A program made the translations under genes and the position numbers. 64,000 nt of DNA, from contig CP066687.1 of the NCBI GenBank assembly GCA_016432405.1, forward strand, positions 219,040 to 283,039. The letters are read 5' to 3'. This document shows positions 62,775-64,000 of this stretch, piece after piece; the stretch's first letter is position 1; each line of letters begins with the position of its first letter. Below the pieces are notes generated by a model. That model was not told the origin of the DNA. It ran no database searches and saw only the letters and a program-made list of their open reading frames with translations. This DNA comes from Candidatus Giovannonibacteria bacterium (lineage in GTDB: Bacteria > Patescibacteriota > Minisyncoccia > UBA11713 > 2-01-FULL-45-33).

Positions 62775-64000
62775 ATGTCGCAAAAAACAATAGACATCAT
62801 TGTTAAAATAATCAAAGTCGGGCTTTGCGTTTTGCCGGCCGCCACGCTTATCGTGGGCGGAAATTTTTTCGCCAATATTTTTCTCCCCGGGGTGGGGGAT
62901 TTATTTTTTCCGTTCATTACCGGAAAAAACTTTTTCTTCAGGATAGTTGTTGAAATTTTGTTCGCCCTCTGGGCGCTGGCGGCGATTTTTGACAAGCGCT
63001 TCCGCCCGACATTGTCGCCCGTTTTTTGGGCGGTTTCGGCCACGCTCGTAATTCTGGTTTTATCCACTATTTTCGGGGAGAATCCTTACCGCAGTTTTTG
63101 GTCCAATTATGAACGAATGGAGGGGCTCGTGGGGCATCTTCATCTTTTTGCGTATTTCGTAATGCTCATCGGCGTTTTTAAATCGCAAACCGACTGGCGG
63201 AGATTTTTTTACTCAAGCATCGCAGTAAGTTTCATAATCACGACTTATTCGTATCTGCAGTTTATGGGGAGGTTGGAAATCCATCAGTCAAGCGATCGGC
63301 TTGACGCGACTTTAGGAAACGCGACGTATCTTGCGATTTACATTATTTTTCACCTCGCGCTTCTGGCTTATTATTTATTTCAACCTGCCCGCCAATTGGC
63401 AGGCGGGGAAAAACGAGTTTGGATAAAAGGTCTTTTTGCGGCGCTCATTGTTTTGGAGACCCCGATTGTGTTTCTTACCGCAACCAGAGGCGCGATTTTG
63501 GGGCTCATGGGGGGCGCGGTGCTTTTTGCTTTGCTTTTGGCGCTGTTGGATTGGGGTGCGAAGAGCAGGCTTTATAAACTTGTTGCCGCCGGGCTTGTTG
63601 CGGCTGTTTTTTTAATGGTCGGCGCGTTTTTTGCGTTAAAGAATACTAATTTTGTCCAAAAAAATTATGTGCTTAGCCGCTTTGCCCAGCTTTCGCCGCA
63701 GGAGCAGACAACCAAATCGCGCTTTACTATCTGGAGCATGGCGCTGGAGGGGTTTCAGGAACATCCTGTTTTGGGAGTAGGACTTGAAAATTTTAATCTT
63801 GTCTTCAATAAGCACTATAAAGCCATGTTGTGGCCGCAGGAGCCGTGGTTTGACAGGGCGCACAACGTATTTTTTGACTGGCTGGCGCAGGGCGGGGCGC
63901 TGGGGCTGATTGCTTACCTCGGAATCTTCATTGCGGCTATCTTCACGCTTTGGAAAAATCAATCGGATAAGTTCGCCACTGCCGCTTTCACGTCGCTTTT
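62775..64000 (+). CDS. O-antigen ligase / O-oligosaccharyltransferase-like protein (partial, runs off window end)
   Basis: Not in ORF track. Manual reading from ATG 62775 gives FPFITGKN, FWSNYERMEG, TLGNATYLA, TATRGAILG, SRFTIW...HPVLGVGLENF and FDRAHNVFFD. Confidence 0.85.
   Translation, partial: MSQKTIDIIVKIIKVGLCVLPAATLIVGGNFFANIFLPGVGDLFFPFITGKNFFFRIVVEILFALWALAAIFDKRFRPTLSPVFWAVSATLVILVLSTIFGENPYRSFWSNYERMEGLVGHLHLFAYFVMLIGVFKSQTDWRRFFYSSIAVSFIITTYSYLQFMGRLEIHQSSDRLDATLGNATYLAIYIIFHLALLAYYLFQPARQLAGGEKRVWIKGLFAALIVLETPIVFLTATRGAILGLMGGAVLFALLLALLDWGAKSRLYKLVAAGLVAAVFLMVGAFFALKNTNFVQKNYVLSRFAQLSPQEQTTKSRFTIWSMALEGFQEHPVLGVGLENFNLVFNKHYKAMLWPQEPWFDRAHNVFFDWLAQGGALGLIAYLGIFIAAIFTLWKNQSDKFATAAFTSL
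63382..63407. repeat. In-frame short palindrome AACCTGCCCGCCAATTGGCAGGCGGG
   Basis: Shares both ends with 47662..47685; encodes PARQLAGG. Confidence 0.65.

Noticed and set aside
1-64000. Alternative genetic code (TGA recoding)
   Set aside because: TGA terminates many full-length genes with ATGA overlaps, and ORFs are intact under the standard code.

Overview
Gene-dense bacterial DNA in the standard code (TGA is a stop; many ATGA overlaps). The style (few Shine-Dalgarno sites, apparent leaderless starts, compact enzymes) resembles Patescibacteria/CPR (Parcubacteria-like), but that is inference. Almost the whole 64 kb is one very large surface-glycan locus. It contains: polyprenyl-phosphate GT2 enzymes; a GDP-heptose-type set (HddA-like kinase, GmhA, GmhB, nucleotidyltransferase, transaldolase); a UbiA/HAD/GtrA polyprenyl-phosphoribose module; a dTDP-3-amino-sugar module; three paralogous polytopic GT-C-like proteins; a legionaminic-type nonulosonic acid pathway with unusually many tailoring enzymes (WbuXYZ-like amidotransferase, amidinotransferase, methyl-, formyl- and acetyl-transferases, deacetylase); an ABC flippase; and an O-antigen-ligase-like gene. 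Two non-obvious signals stand out. (1) A Y1/HUH (RAYT/IS200-like) transposase gene is bracketed by identical 25-nt palindromic direct repeats and carries two more copies in frame inside its own ORF. (2) A family of short GC-rich hairpins sits in frame inside several unrelated genes and is read in different frames and strands; one copy appears nested inside another. No rRNA, tRNA or CRISPR array was recognised by eye. All annotations rest on motif recognition; no database search was run.
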